Shown one piece after another: positions 42,057 through 52,369 of a stretch of 64,000 nt of DNA. The notes beneath the pieces were generated by a model. That model saw nothing but the letters and a program-made list of their open reading frames with translations, ran no database searches and was not told the DNA's origin. Positions within the stretch are counted from its first letter, which is position 1, and each line of letters opens with the position of its first letter. A program made the translations under genes and the position numbers. Source of the DNA: Candidatus Latescibacterota bacterium (GTDB lineage: Bacteria; Latescibacterota; UBA2968; UBA8231); assembly GCA_965223905.1 (NCBI GenBank), contig CBDCXV010000011.1, forward strand, positions 320,001 through 384,000, given 5' to 3'.

Positions 42057-43183
42057 CACAACCGCGTTTCCTGCAGATACACACGCTCAGCCCGTATACC
42101 GGTGTGCTTCTCAACCGCGACGACAGCGGGTTGGCGAAGCGCCTTCCGTACGGCGGCGGCTTGCGCACCCGGGTCTCCTCTCAGTGTCTCAAGCGGCATT
42201 GGCGGATCACCGACAACGACCCGCACTCCCTGCATGCCATCGACGGTGCACCAGCGGCCTACCGGTCTCGTGAATTGGTGACGCAAAAGGTCATCGGACC
42301 ACTGCGCAAGCAATTCCCGGAGGAGGTCGTCGCCGCGCTCGAACGGGAGATCCAGATGGCGGTCTACGGCGACAAAGGCACCACAAAGCAAGGCCGTCAG
42401 ACCTTGCTGTTCGGTGCGCCGGAAATCGCGTGGCTGTGTCGCGAGGCAGAGGGCCTGGCTGAGCGGGCCAATGGAGAGGCTGAAGTGGCAGCTGCGGCAG
42501 CACAGGAATGGAGAAAGGAGTTCCGCTCGAACATCAAGGCAATGCGCGACGGTGCCACGCTGCCAGCCGGCCTCACGTCGGCGCTGTTCGGGCGGATGGT
42601 CACATCGGACACCGACGCCAACATCACGGCACCGGTGCATGTCGCCCATGCTTTCACAGTCCACGAAGAAGAGCCGGAAAGCGACTACTTCACTGCCGTC
42701 GACGACCTCTCCGGGGACGAGCCGGGGGCGGACACCATTCAAGAGACCGAGCTGACCTCCGGCCTGTTCTACGGCTACGTCGTGGTCGATCTGCCGACCC
42801 TCTTGTCAAACCTCGGCGGGGACGTGGATCTGGCGGGGCAGGTACTGCACAACCTGGTCTACCTGATCGCCGAGGTCTCCCCCGGTGCCAAGCTCGGCTC
42901 CACGGCCCCTTACGGCCGGGCATCCTTCATGCTGCTGGAAGCCGGGGACAGGCAGCCCCGGAGTCTGGCCGAAGCCTACCGGCGCCCCTGCGAGCCCCCC
43001 CACATCGACCCGGCTGTCGAGGCCCTGTGTGCGCATCTCGCGTCCCTGGACGAGGCCTACGCCACCGGGGAGGAGCGGCGGGTGATGTCCCTGGTGAGTG
43101 GCGAGGTACCGGGGGCCGAACGCGGTTCCCTGGCCAGTCTCGCCGAATGGGCGAAGACTCTGCCGGAAGAGGCGGCGTCATGA
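42053..43183 (+). CDS. cas7: Cas7 (CasC)
   Basis: FLQIHTL, LNRDDSGLAK, RVSSQCLKRHWR, ALFGRM, VAHAFTVH, DYFTAVDD. Confidence 0.95.
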   Translation: MTQPRFLQIHTLSPYTGVLLNRDDSGLAKRLPYGGGLRTRVSSQCLKRHWRITDNDPHSLHAIDGAPAAYRSRELVTQKVIGPLRKQFPEEVVAALEREIQMAVYGDKGTTKQGRQTLLFGAPEIAWLCREAEGLAERANGEAEVAAAAAQEWRKEFRSNIKAMRDGATLPAGLTSALFGRMVTSDTDANITAPVHVAHAFTVHEEEPESDYFTAVDDLSGDEPGADTIQETELTSGLFYGYVVVDLPTLLSNLGGDVDLAGQVLHNLVYLIAEVSPGAKLGSTAPYGRASFMLLEAGDRQPRSLAEAYRRPCEPPHIDPAVEALCAHLASLDEAYATGEERRVMSLVSGEVPGAERGSLASLAEWAKTLPEEAAS

Positions 43184-43902
43184 ACTTTCGCTGGCTGGTC
43201 CTGCGGCTTGAAGCGCCGCTGATGGCCTTCGGAGGCGTGGCAATCGACCAGTTCGGCCCGGTGCGGGATTTTCCAGCGGCCTCCATGCTGGCCGGGCTGA
43301 TTGCCAACGCCTTGGGCTGGCACTGGTCGGACCGAGCCGAGAATCAGGCGATCCAGGATCGTCTGATCTTCGCGGCCCGGCGCGAACGGGAAGGGGACGT
43401 GCTGACCGACACGCAGAACGCACAGCTTGCCAAGACCGACAAGGGCTGGACGACAGGCGGGGAGCCGGAGGGAAGGGCAGGAGCCACCTACGATGCTCCC
43501 CATCGAAAAACCCGCGACTACCACGCCGATTTGTCCGTGCGGGTCGTGCTGCGTCTCGACCCGGAGGAGGAGACGCCAACCCTCGACGCCTTGGCCGAAG
43601 CCTTCGACAGGCCCGCACGGCCCCTGTTTCTCGGTCGCAAGCCCTGCCTACCCTCGGCGTTGTTGCTGGCGAATGGGCCGGACCGCTGGGTGATGGGGGA
43701 TACCGCATTTGAAGCGCTTCGCAGGGTGCCAGGTGAAGGGGAAGGGCTCCGCGCACAGTGGCCGATGGGGCAGGGCCCGGAAGCAGGCGAAAGCGTGGGC
43801 CCTATCGTAGATCTGGCTGACATGAGGAACTGGCGCACTGGTCTGCATGGCGGATCGCGCCAAGTGGTAGAAGGACGGATTTCTCCGGAGAGGAACGAGT
43901 GA
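43180..43902 (+). CDS. cas5: Cas5e (CasD)
   Basis: LRLEAPLMAFG, GLIANALG, RDYHAD, PLFLGRKPCLP. Confidence 0.95.
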   Translation: MNFRWLVLRLEAPLMAFGGVAIDQFGPVRDFPAASMLAGLIANALGWHWSDRAENQAIQDRLIFAARREREGDVLTDTQNAQLAKTDKGWTTGGEPEGRAGATYDAPHRKTRDYHADLSVRVVLRLDPEEETPTLDALAEAFDRPARPLFLGRKPCLPSALLLANGPDRWVMGDTAFEALRRVPGEGEGLRAQWPMGQGPEAGESVGPIVDLADMRNWRTGLHGGSRQVVEGRISPERNE

Positions 43903-44684
43903 TGGAACTCAATCTGGTTCGTGTACCGATCGCTACGCCTTCCCTCGCTCGCTGGGCGGGCGAGCGCGGCTGGGTCCGGCGGCGAGGCAACTTTACGGAC
44001 TTCGACGAAGGCCGCGCCCTCCATCACCTCTTGAATGAAGTATTCGGACCGGGCTCGGTTCGGCCCTTTCGTCTACTTGTGCCGCCCCGGTGCACTTCGG
44101 GAAACCTGTATGCGTACTCCTCCATGGACGCGGATTCCCTGTGCGCAGCCGCTCGCGTTCATGCCCTGCCGGACCATCTTGGCGTGCTGTCGCCCGACCG
44201 GCTGGAGACCAAGTCCATGCCTCAAGACTGGCGACCCGGGCAACAGGTGGGCTTTGACGCTCGCGTGCGGCCCGTCAGGCGATTGGGTAGCGATCTGGAG
44301 AGCCCAGACGGGGTGATCGGCAAAGGCTCGGAAATCGATGCCTTCCTGGTGGAAGCCCTTCGGCGACACCCTGCAGAATCTGGTGGGATGGCCCAGCAGA
44401 ACCGGACCCGCGAGACTGTCTATCTCGACTGGCTGACCGAGCAACTCGCCCCCGCCGCAGAGCTTGAGCGCTCAGCAAGCCGCCTTGCCCGGTTCCGCCG
44501 CGTCCGCGTATCGCGTGGAAACAGCGGACCCGAAGGCCCGGATGCCACGATCCACGGAACATTGACGGTGGGCGATCCAGACGCTTTTGCCTCGTTATTG
44601 GGGCGCGGAATCGGCCGCCATCGGGCCTATGGGTACGGCATGCTGCTGCTGCGTCCGCCCAACCGCCCGATCCCGGAGCGCTGA
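43899..44684 (+). CDS. cas6e: Cas6e (CasE/Cse3)
   Basis: LHHLL; C-terminal Gly loop GIGRHRAYGYGML. Confidence 0.93.
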   Translation: MMELNLVRVPIATPSLARWAGERGWVRRRGNFTDFDEGRALHHLLNEVFGPGSVRPFRLLVPPRCTSGNLYAYSSMDADSLCAAARVHALPDHLGVLSPDRLETKSMPQDWRPGQQVGFDARVRPVRRLGSDLESPDGVIGKGSEIDAFLVEALRRHPAESGGMAQQNRTRETVYLDWLTEQLAPAAELERSASRLARFRRVRVSRGNSGPEGPDATIHGTLTVGDPDAFASLLGRGIGRHRAYGYGMLLLRPPNRPIPER

Positions 44685-45569
44685 ATGCTCAAAGGCCGGC
44701 TTGGCATCGACAGTGCCAAAGTCCCTTACAAGGACAGGGCCGGACTGCTCTACCTCGCGCGCGGAGCCCTGACCGCTCGTGACGGCACGCTCGCTTTCAT
44801 GCAAGGGGAGGCGACCGAGGCCGACGCACTCACGCCCGGAGATCACGCGATCCCGCTTCAGGGGGTATCGATGATCCTGATCGGCCCCGGTTCCACTGTC
44901 AGTCATGATGCACTGCGGCTGCTCGCCCATGCTCGGACGGCCCTGGCCGCCATCGGCGAAGACGGCGTTCGACTCTACACCGCTCCACCCCTGATCCCAG
45001 ATCATTCCGGTTTGGCGCGAACCCAGGCGCGGATTTGGGCGGATGAGGACCAGCGTTTGACCGTCGCCCGGCGCATGTTTGTCTGGCGATTGGGTGAAGT
45101 CCTGCCGCACAGTTCTCTCAATGTGCTGCGGGGGACCGAAGGCGCGCGGATGAGGCAGAGCTACCGCCTGCTTGCCCAGCAGATCGGGGTGGAGTGGAGC
45201 GGCCGGCGCTATGACCGCGCCCAGCCAAACGCCGCGGATCTCCCCAATCAGGCGCTAAACCATGCATCCAGTGCGGTGGAGGCTGCCGCCGCTATCGCCG
45301 TCGCTGCAACCGCGACCATACCACAATTAGGCTTCATCCACGAGGACCCCGGACAATCATTCGTTCTGGATATTTCCGACCTCTACCGGGACACCGTTAC
45401 CATTCCCTGCGCCTTTCGAGCGGCCAAGCGTGTCGCCCAGCGACCAGGAGAGAACATCGAGCGAGTCACCCGCCGTCTAACGGGACAGGCCCTTGTTAGC
45501 GAACAGGTGATTCCCGCGATGATCGACCGGATCAAGTCCCTTTTCGACGAACCTGCGGAAGGGGAGTGA
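44685..45569 (+). CDS. cas1: Type I-E Cas1
   Basis: IGPGSTVSHDA, GEDGVRLY, LRGTEGARMR, NQALN, LGFIH, FVLDISDLY. Confidence 0.96.
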   Translation: MLKGRLGIDSAKVPYKDRAGLLYLARGALTARDGTLAFMQGEATEADALTPGDHAIPLQGVSMILIGPGSTVSHDALRLLAHARTALAAIGEDGVRLYTAPPLIPDHSGLARTQARIWADEDQRLTVARRMFVWRLGEVLPHSSLNVLRGTEGARMRQSYRLLAQQIGVEWSGRRYDRAQPNAADLPNQALNHASSAVEAAAAIAVAATATIPQLGFIHEDPGQSFVLDISDLYRDTVTIPCAFRAAKRVAQRPGENIERVTRRLTGQALVSEQVIPAMIDRIKSLFDEPAEGE

Positions 45570-45576
45570 TGGGCTA

Positions 45577-45870
45577 ATGCCGACTACTATGGTCGTCACT
45601 CGAAGCGTCGAGGACCGTTACCGCGGCTTCCTTACTTCGATCATGCTGGAAATCGCACCCGGCGTATATGTGGCGTCGGATCTGTCGGCAGCTGTCCGAA
45701 CACGATTGTGGTATGTGCTCTCATCCTGGTGGGATACGTTCGGGACAGGGTCGATCACCATGGTGTGGCGCGATACGCAAGCCGTCGGAAACCTGTGTTT
45801 CGAGAATCTCGGAGAACCCCCGAAAGAGATTGTGGACGCCGACGGCATCCTACTCGTAAAACGCAATTAG
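45577..45870 (+). CDS. cas2: Type I-E Cas2
   Basis: RGFLTSIMLEIAPGVYV, VDADGILL. Confidence 0.95.
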   Translation: MPTTMVVTRSVEDRYRGFLTSIMLEIAPGVYVASDLSAAVRTRLWYVLSSWWDTFGTGSITMVWRDTQAVGNLCFENLGEPPKEIVDADGILLVKRN

Positions 45871-45923
45871 GCCCCCCTCAGCTCTACGTCCCGCCCCTAA
45901 TTGGTACAGTGAACACTTGAACA

Positions 45924-48900
45924 GCTTCCCCCGCATGCGCGGGGATAGACCCTCAGGACCCCCAGGCAAAGCACCCTGAAACACGCTTCCCCCGCATGCG
46001 CGGGGATAGACCCGCTCCAGGTATTGTCGAAAATGTAACCGGGAAGCTTCCCCCGCATGCGCGGGGATAGACCCCTTACCAGCCGCTCGGAGCAGGAATG
46101 GTCGCAGCTTCCCCCGCATGCGCGGGGATAGACCCCCAACCCCTAGGCAGGGAGAACCACAAAGAATGCTTCCCCCGCATGCGCGGGGATAGACCCACGT
46201 ATGGCACTGGCAGGGATAGGGTTTACGTGCTTCCCCCGCATGCGCGGGGATAGACCCTTGATACTTGTCGCAGACCAATTCAGGTCGAAGCTTCCCCCGC
46301 ATGCGCGGGGATAGACCTGTGTTGGTTTCCTTGTCTCTGATCCAAAATTTGCTTCCCCCGCATGCGCGGGGATAGACCTCATTCAAGCGAGAGGGGAAAC
46401 CGTGCCGATTCGCTTCCCCCGCATGCGCGGGGATAGACCCAAGACGAACAAGGCTTAATCGGACAGCTCGAAGCTTCCCCCGCATGCGCGGGGATAGACC
46501 CGAAGAGAAAGCCTGGCTGGTGCGGTGCTGGCAGCTTCCCCCGCATGCGCGGGGATAGACCCCCGTTCCCCACCGATGCAAGTTCTCCGACCCAGCTTCC
46601 CCCGCATGCGCGGGGATAGACCCATCGCCCAGCTGGTGCAGTCCGGCGCTGTGTTGCTTCCCCCGCATGCGCGGGGATAGACCCTGGCCCGGCTCCAGGC
46701 CGGGGGCGCAGTTGCCGGTTCCCCCGCATGCGCGGGGATAGACCCCCGCCGGGCAGAACTACGAAATCTTCGGCCGTGGTTCCCCCGCATGCGCGGGGAT
46801 AGACCCTCACCGTCCTGCGGCTGATTAGACCGCCACCAGGTTCCCCCGCATGCGCGGGGATAGACCCCAATGAAGGTGACGACGCGCCGAAATTCTCGTG
46901 GTTCCCCCGCATGCGCGGGGATAGACCCCCGTCATCAGCAACAAGGACTGGAACGCTTTGGGTTCCCCCGCATGCGCGGGGATAGACCCTGGAAATCTTC
47001 GTTGGCACCGGATCCGGAACTGGTTCCCCCGCATGCGCGGGGATAGACCTTCGCTTCATCCCTTCGCGGCCGAAGATCCAGGGGTTCCCCCGCATGCGCG
47101 GGGATAGACCCAGGGAGAGATCGAACATGAAATATTGGATCAAGGTTCCCCCGCATGCGCGGGGATAGACCCCTGGGAAGACAAGCCTTCCTCACTTGGG
47201 GAATGGTTCCCCCGCATGCGCGGGGATAGACCCCTCTCGGGGAAGGCGGTCTTCAGAAAGTAAGTGGTTCCCCCGCATGCGCGGGGATAGACCCCCGCAT
47301 GCGCGGGGATAGACCCTGCGTTTTCTCTTGTTCTTTCTCGATTACAATGGTTCCCCCGCATGCGCGGGGATAGACCCGTCAGAGATAAGGGAAAAAACCA
47401 GAAAATGACGGTTCCCCCGCATGCGCGGGGATAGACCCCCATTCAGGAGGGACAAGGCTATGAAGGAGATGGTTCCCCCGCATGCGCGGGGATAGACCCG
47501 TGGCACATCGTTTGCTATGGAAACAGGGTATGGTTCCCCCGCATGCGCGGGGATAGACCCCTGTGGGAGGACGACAAGATCGAGACCAAGGTGGTTCCCC
47601 CGCATGCGCGGGGATAGACCCGCTGCAACGTAGGTCGCGCAGGTTGCCGGAGAGGTTCCCCCGCATGCGCGGGGATAGACCCAAGGCGGCCCATATCTGA
47701 CTTGCGGCGGTCTTGGTTCCCCCGCATGCGCGGGGATAGACCCCAGATGGGTGGAGGGGCCAACAACCTCACCATGGTTCCCCCGCATGCGCGGGGATAG
47801 ACCCTCTCCAGATACATCTATCATTCGTACGAGATAGGTTCCCCCGCATGCGCGGGGATAGACCCCCACAAGCAAGGGAGACAATCCAAGAATGGGCGGT
47901 TCCCCCGCATGCGCGGGGATAGACCCTCGATACCACCTAAAGTAAGACAGGTACCGAAGGTTCCCCCGCATGCGCGGGGATAGACCGATGGGCAATGCGG
48001 TTGCCGATGACGTGGCGGCGGTTCCCCCGCATGCGCGGGGATAGACCCAGGACGAGAGCCTCCTCGTCAAAGGTGTCTACGGTTCCCCCGCATGCGCGGG
48101 GATAGACCCGAGATATTCGGCAGGGCGCGGGCCGCGGCCTTGGTTCCCCCGCATGCGCGGGGATAGACCCACGCCGGAGGACCATGACCAAGAGGTATCG
48201 CCGGTTCCTCCGCATGCGCGGGGATAGACCCCGGTCACGACCCCTTTCTTACGCGGTGCTTGGGGTTCCCCCGCATGCGCGGGGATAGACCCGCTCCGGA
48301 CTACGCTCGCTCGGTCGCTGAATTGGTTCCCCCGCATGCGCGGGGATAGACCCGAAGAAGGACTAAAGGACGAAGACCCCATAATGGTTCCCCCGCATGC
48401 GCGGGGATAGACCCTCGTACATCAATTTCCAAGGCTTGATCCAGATGGTTCCCCCGCATGCGCGGGGATAGACCCTTTTCGACCTGTTCCACTATTCTTC
48501 CCAGGGCGGTTCCCCCGCATGCGCGGGGATAGACCCGTGGGGAACATCCGCCTTGCGGCAAAGGTCAAGGTTCCCCCGCATGCGCGGGGATAGACCCTTG
48601 TCGAGGCGCACGAGTTCGATCTGCTGGCCGGTTCCCCCGCATGCGCGGGGATAGACCCCTGACCGCGCCGACGATGACTCAGGCGGGGATGGTTCCCCCG
48701 CATGCGCGGGGATAGACCCGCGGCGCGTGTGATCGCCAGGAGTCGGAGTGCGGTTCCCCCGCATGCGCGGGGATAGACCCAAAGGGGTCTCCGACACCGT
48801 GGAAACCCAGATGGTTCCCCCGCATGCGCGGGGATAGACCCTCGGCATCAGCATTGCCGTATACGCCTACGTTGGTTCCCCCGCATGCGCGGGGATAGAC

Positions 48901-50428
48901 CCGGGAGCAGAATTGCAATGGCGTTTCTTGGGCAGGTTCCCCCGCATGCGCGGGGATAGACCCGCGGCGTCGGCCAGCACCACTTGAACGGCTTTGGTTC
49001 CCCCGCATGCGCGGGGATAGACCCGGCGCCGACGGGAGCAACGAGCCCATCGGAATGGTTCCCCCGCATGCGCGGGGATAGACCCCTGCCATCCGAGTTT
49101 CTGGGCCTCCATGTACTGGTTCCCCCGCATGCGCGGGGATAGACCCGTGCCATTCCCCGGTGCGCCACCGATCCTTATGGTTCCCCCGCATGCGCGGGGA
49201 TAGACCCCACATGACTCTCTTGCGCGACGCCATGGAACCGGTTCCCCCGCATGCGCGGGGATAGACCCTCAAAGCCGGCACTCCGGTCAAGGCGCGAGAA
49301 GGTTCCCCCGCATGCGCGGGGATAGACCCCATTTCCACCTCGGTATCGACGAGCACCCACAGGTTCCCCCGCATGCGCGGGGATAGACCCATTGATGTAG
49401 GAGCGGATCAAGCCCAAGTCGTGGTTCCCCCGCATGCGCGGGGATAGACCCCTACAAAATTATACACAGGGCGACAATTGGAAGGTTCCCCCGCATGCGC
49501 GGGGATAGACCCAACGCGCTGGTCGACTGGGGCATGTATCAGGTGGTTCCCCCGCATGCGCGGGGATAGACCCGTGGCCGACGATTGACCCGGCCGTAGA
49601 AGATTGGTTCCCCCGCATGCGCGGGGATAGACCGTAGGGCCGGAAGCGTTCCCAGCGGGCTTCCAAGGTTCCCCCGCATGCGCGGGGATAGACCCCTTGC
49701 CCTGGGTTCGGCAGCCCTCCAGGACACGGTTCCCCCGCATGCGCGGGGATAGACCCGATATGCACGTTGTCAGCGGGCTGAACGCCTTGGTTCCCCCGCA
49801 TGCGCGGGGATAGACCCGAGGAAGGGCTACTAAAAGACACCCTTTCCGCGGTTCCCCCGCATGCGCGGGGATAGACCTTGGGAATACCGTCTGGCTTGCC
49901 CCGAAGAAATGGTTCCCCCGCATGCGCGGGGATAGACCCTGGCCGGCGGTGCGCCGGGCCATGGCCCTCGTGGTTCCCCCGCATGCGCGGGGATAGACCG
50001 GCCGCCCCTCTCGAACATGCCAGGCCGGTCTGGGTTCCCCCGCATGCGCGGGGATAGACCCGTGAGCTATCGCACAGTGACCAGAGTCTTCCAGGTTCCC
50101 CCGCATGCGCGGGGATAGACCCCTCCTAGACACTGACGAGGCGGATGGCACCAAGGTTCCCCCGCATGCGCGGGGATAGACCCGCCCTCTACTTCGTCGC
50201 CGGCCGCGGCCACGAGGTTCCCCCGCATGCGCGGGGATAGACCCCTGAAGATCCTCCTGAAGATCCGGCTGATCCGCGGTTCCCCCTCATGCGCGGGGAT
50301 AGACCCGAGGCCGGCAACGGCTTGGACGTGGGGCAGCAGGTTCCCCCGCATGCGCGGGGATAGACCCCCCTGTGGTAGGGTTGAATGCCCGGATCTTATG
50401 GTTCCCCCGCATGCGCGGGGATAGACCC
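45924..50428 (+). CRISPR. Type I-E array: 74 full 29-bp repeats G(G/C)TTCCCCCGCATGCGCGGGGATAGACCC, 73 spacers of 32 bp (one of 33), plus one 22-bp partial repeat
   Basis: 61-bp period; 73x61+22+1 equals the distance between first and last repeat starts; 53-bp leader after cas2. Confidence 0.98.
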
Positions 50429-50453
50429 GTAGGCGGCAGTTAGACTTGCTACG

Positions 50454-51724
50454 GGTACGGTCCAGGTACATGGTTTACAGATCAGTCCAGGTACATGGTT
50501 TACAGTTTCGCCCACCTTTGGGCACCTCAAGGAGGTGCTCACATGCCCTGGAACGAAACCTCAGCCATGGACCAACGAATGCATTTCATCGCCGATTACC
50601 TCGAGGACTTCTTCCCCTTTTCCGAGCTGTGCCGTCGCTACGGCATCAGCCGTCCCACCGGCTACAAGTGGGTGCAGCGGTATGTCGACGCAGGCGCTGC
50701 CGGCTTGATGGCGCAGTCGCGTAGACCGGTCCGTTGCCCGCACGCTACGTCTTCCGACCTCGTAGAGGCGATTCTCGGGCGCGCCGCACACACCCGACGT
50801 GGGGGGCCAAGAAGCTGCTGGCGCTCCTCTGGCGATCGCAGCCGCATCGCCCCTGGCCGGCACGCACACCGTCTGCGACATCCTCAAACGCCATGGCCTG
50901 GTGCCGACGCCGCGGACGCGGCGCCGGCCGGGCTCTGCGGGCAAACCCCAGGCGGCCCTGAGCGCGCCCAATCACGTCTGGACCGCCGACTTCAAGGGGC
51001 AGTTCAAGACCCTGGATGGCCGCTACTGCTACCCGCTGACCGTCGTCGACGGCTACAGCCGCTTCCTGCTGGGGTGCCAAGCCCTCGACGCGCCCCAGGG
51101 GCAACTGAGCCGGCCGGTCTTCCACCGGCTCTTCCGCACCTACGGCCTGCCCCGCATCCTCCGCACCGACAACGGCGCCCCCTTCGCCTCCTCCCAGGCG
51201 CTGGGACGGCTCTCCCAACTGTCGGTCTGGTGGATCCGGCTCGGCATCTTGCCCGAGCGCATCCAGCCCGGCTGCCCGCAGCAGAATGGGCGCCACGAAC
51301 GCCTGCATGGCACGCTCAAGCGGGAGGCGACGATTCCCCCCGCCGCGTCCCGCTTCGGACAGCAATACCGCTTTACCCGCTTCCGTCACGAATACAACCA
51401 GGAACGACCCCACGAGGCCTTGGGACAAAAACCTCCGGTCGAGTTCTACCAGCCTTCGCCACGTCCTTTTCCCGGAAAGCTGCCGCCCCTACACTACCCT
51501 GCGCACTGGGAAGTTCGCCTGGTCAGTACTAACGGAGGCATCCGATGGAAGACCCATCGAGTAGCCGTCAGTAACGCCTTGCGTCAACAACCCATCGGCT
51601 TGGAACCCATTGACGACGGAGTCTGGGAGGTGTGGTTCGGTCCCCTTAGACTGGGTCGCATGGACGAACGACAGCTCACCATCACCGACGCTTTGGCTAA
51701 AGCCGCTCGCCGGAAACTGTACAC
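50454..51724 (+). mobile_element. IS481-family element (transposase from 50543, frameshift ~50780, right end truncated)
   Basis: Doubled GTCCAGGTACATGGTTTACA end motif; MPWNETSAMDQR, WTADFKG, PLTVVDGYSR, RTDNGAPF, QQNGRHER, RPHEAL. Confidence 0.9.
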
Positions 51725-51822
51725 CACAGACCCAACGGTCGCCGTCCCCGTCACGCATGTCGATGTACGCCGGATGATCTTGGGGCACCGGGGCGATCCC
51801 GTGCCTTCTGACCTCAGCCTAC
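51722..51822 (-). pseudogene. Excalibur-like calcium-binding domain fragment
   Basis: T*AEVRRHGIAPVPQDHPAYIDMRDGDGDRWVC (DxDxD..C). Confidence 0.55.
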
Positions 51823-51877
51823 GTGAAAGCCACGACGATGTTGTGCCGGACACAAGGCGCCTTGTCAGACGTTGGCG

Positions 51878-52369
51878 TCAAGTACCAAGAAACTCATCGA
51901 ATTCCCGTTTTGCCTCTGTAACCGCCCAATCTTCGCAGGCATGGGCAGCCTGGGCGGTCGGCTCATTTCGATCTGTGGGAACCGATAGACCGAGCTGACG
52001 AAGTGAAAATTCAACCGCCTTTCGAAGCCGTGATGCCTCCCACATCCATTCCTCGGAGTTTAGATACAATATAGGCATCGAAGTTACTTCTCCCCGGCCG
52101 GCAAGCACCTTCAACAACAGGTCTCGTGATGCGTTGCGCCGGTGGCACTCAAGTCCGATCTCGTAGCGGAGCATCTCGTCACGGTAACGTTCCACCCGCT
52201 CTTGGACCAACAACCGTTGATCCGTTGTCAGTCCCACAGTTTCCCTGGGGCAGAGGATCCCCCGCTTTCCTTTGCTTCGCCGAGTCCACTGCACTACTCC
52301 AAAAAAGACAGCTATTCCAACGGAAAGAACACCCGCTATACCAACGAATACAGTGGTTGCATCAGGCAT
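51878..52369 (-). CDS. Hypothetical protein with an N-terminal TM helix, coupled to the dynamin gene
   Basis: Overlaps the dynamin stop codon; RBS GGAGGA. Confidence 0.65.
   Translation of the reverse strand: MPDATTVFVGIAGVLSVGIAVFFGVVQWTRRSKGKRGILCPRETVGLTTDQRLLVQERVERYRDEMLRYEIGLECHRRNASRDLLLKVLAGRGEVTSMPILYLNSEEWMWEASRLRKAVEFSLRQLGLSVPTDRNEPTAQAAHACEDWAVTEAKREFDEFLGT

Noticed and set aside
45953-50399. Self-targeting spacers against the island or the satellite element
   Set aside because: None found by eye in the spacers I checked. The check was not exhaustive and needs a short-word BLAST.
45850-50471. Many minus-strand ORFs with VYPRACGG/GLSPRMRG repeats
   Set aside because: They are translations of the CRISPR repeats.
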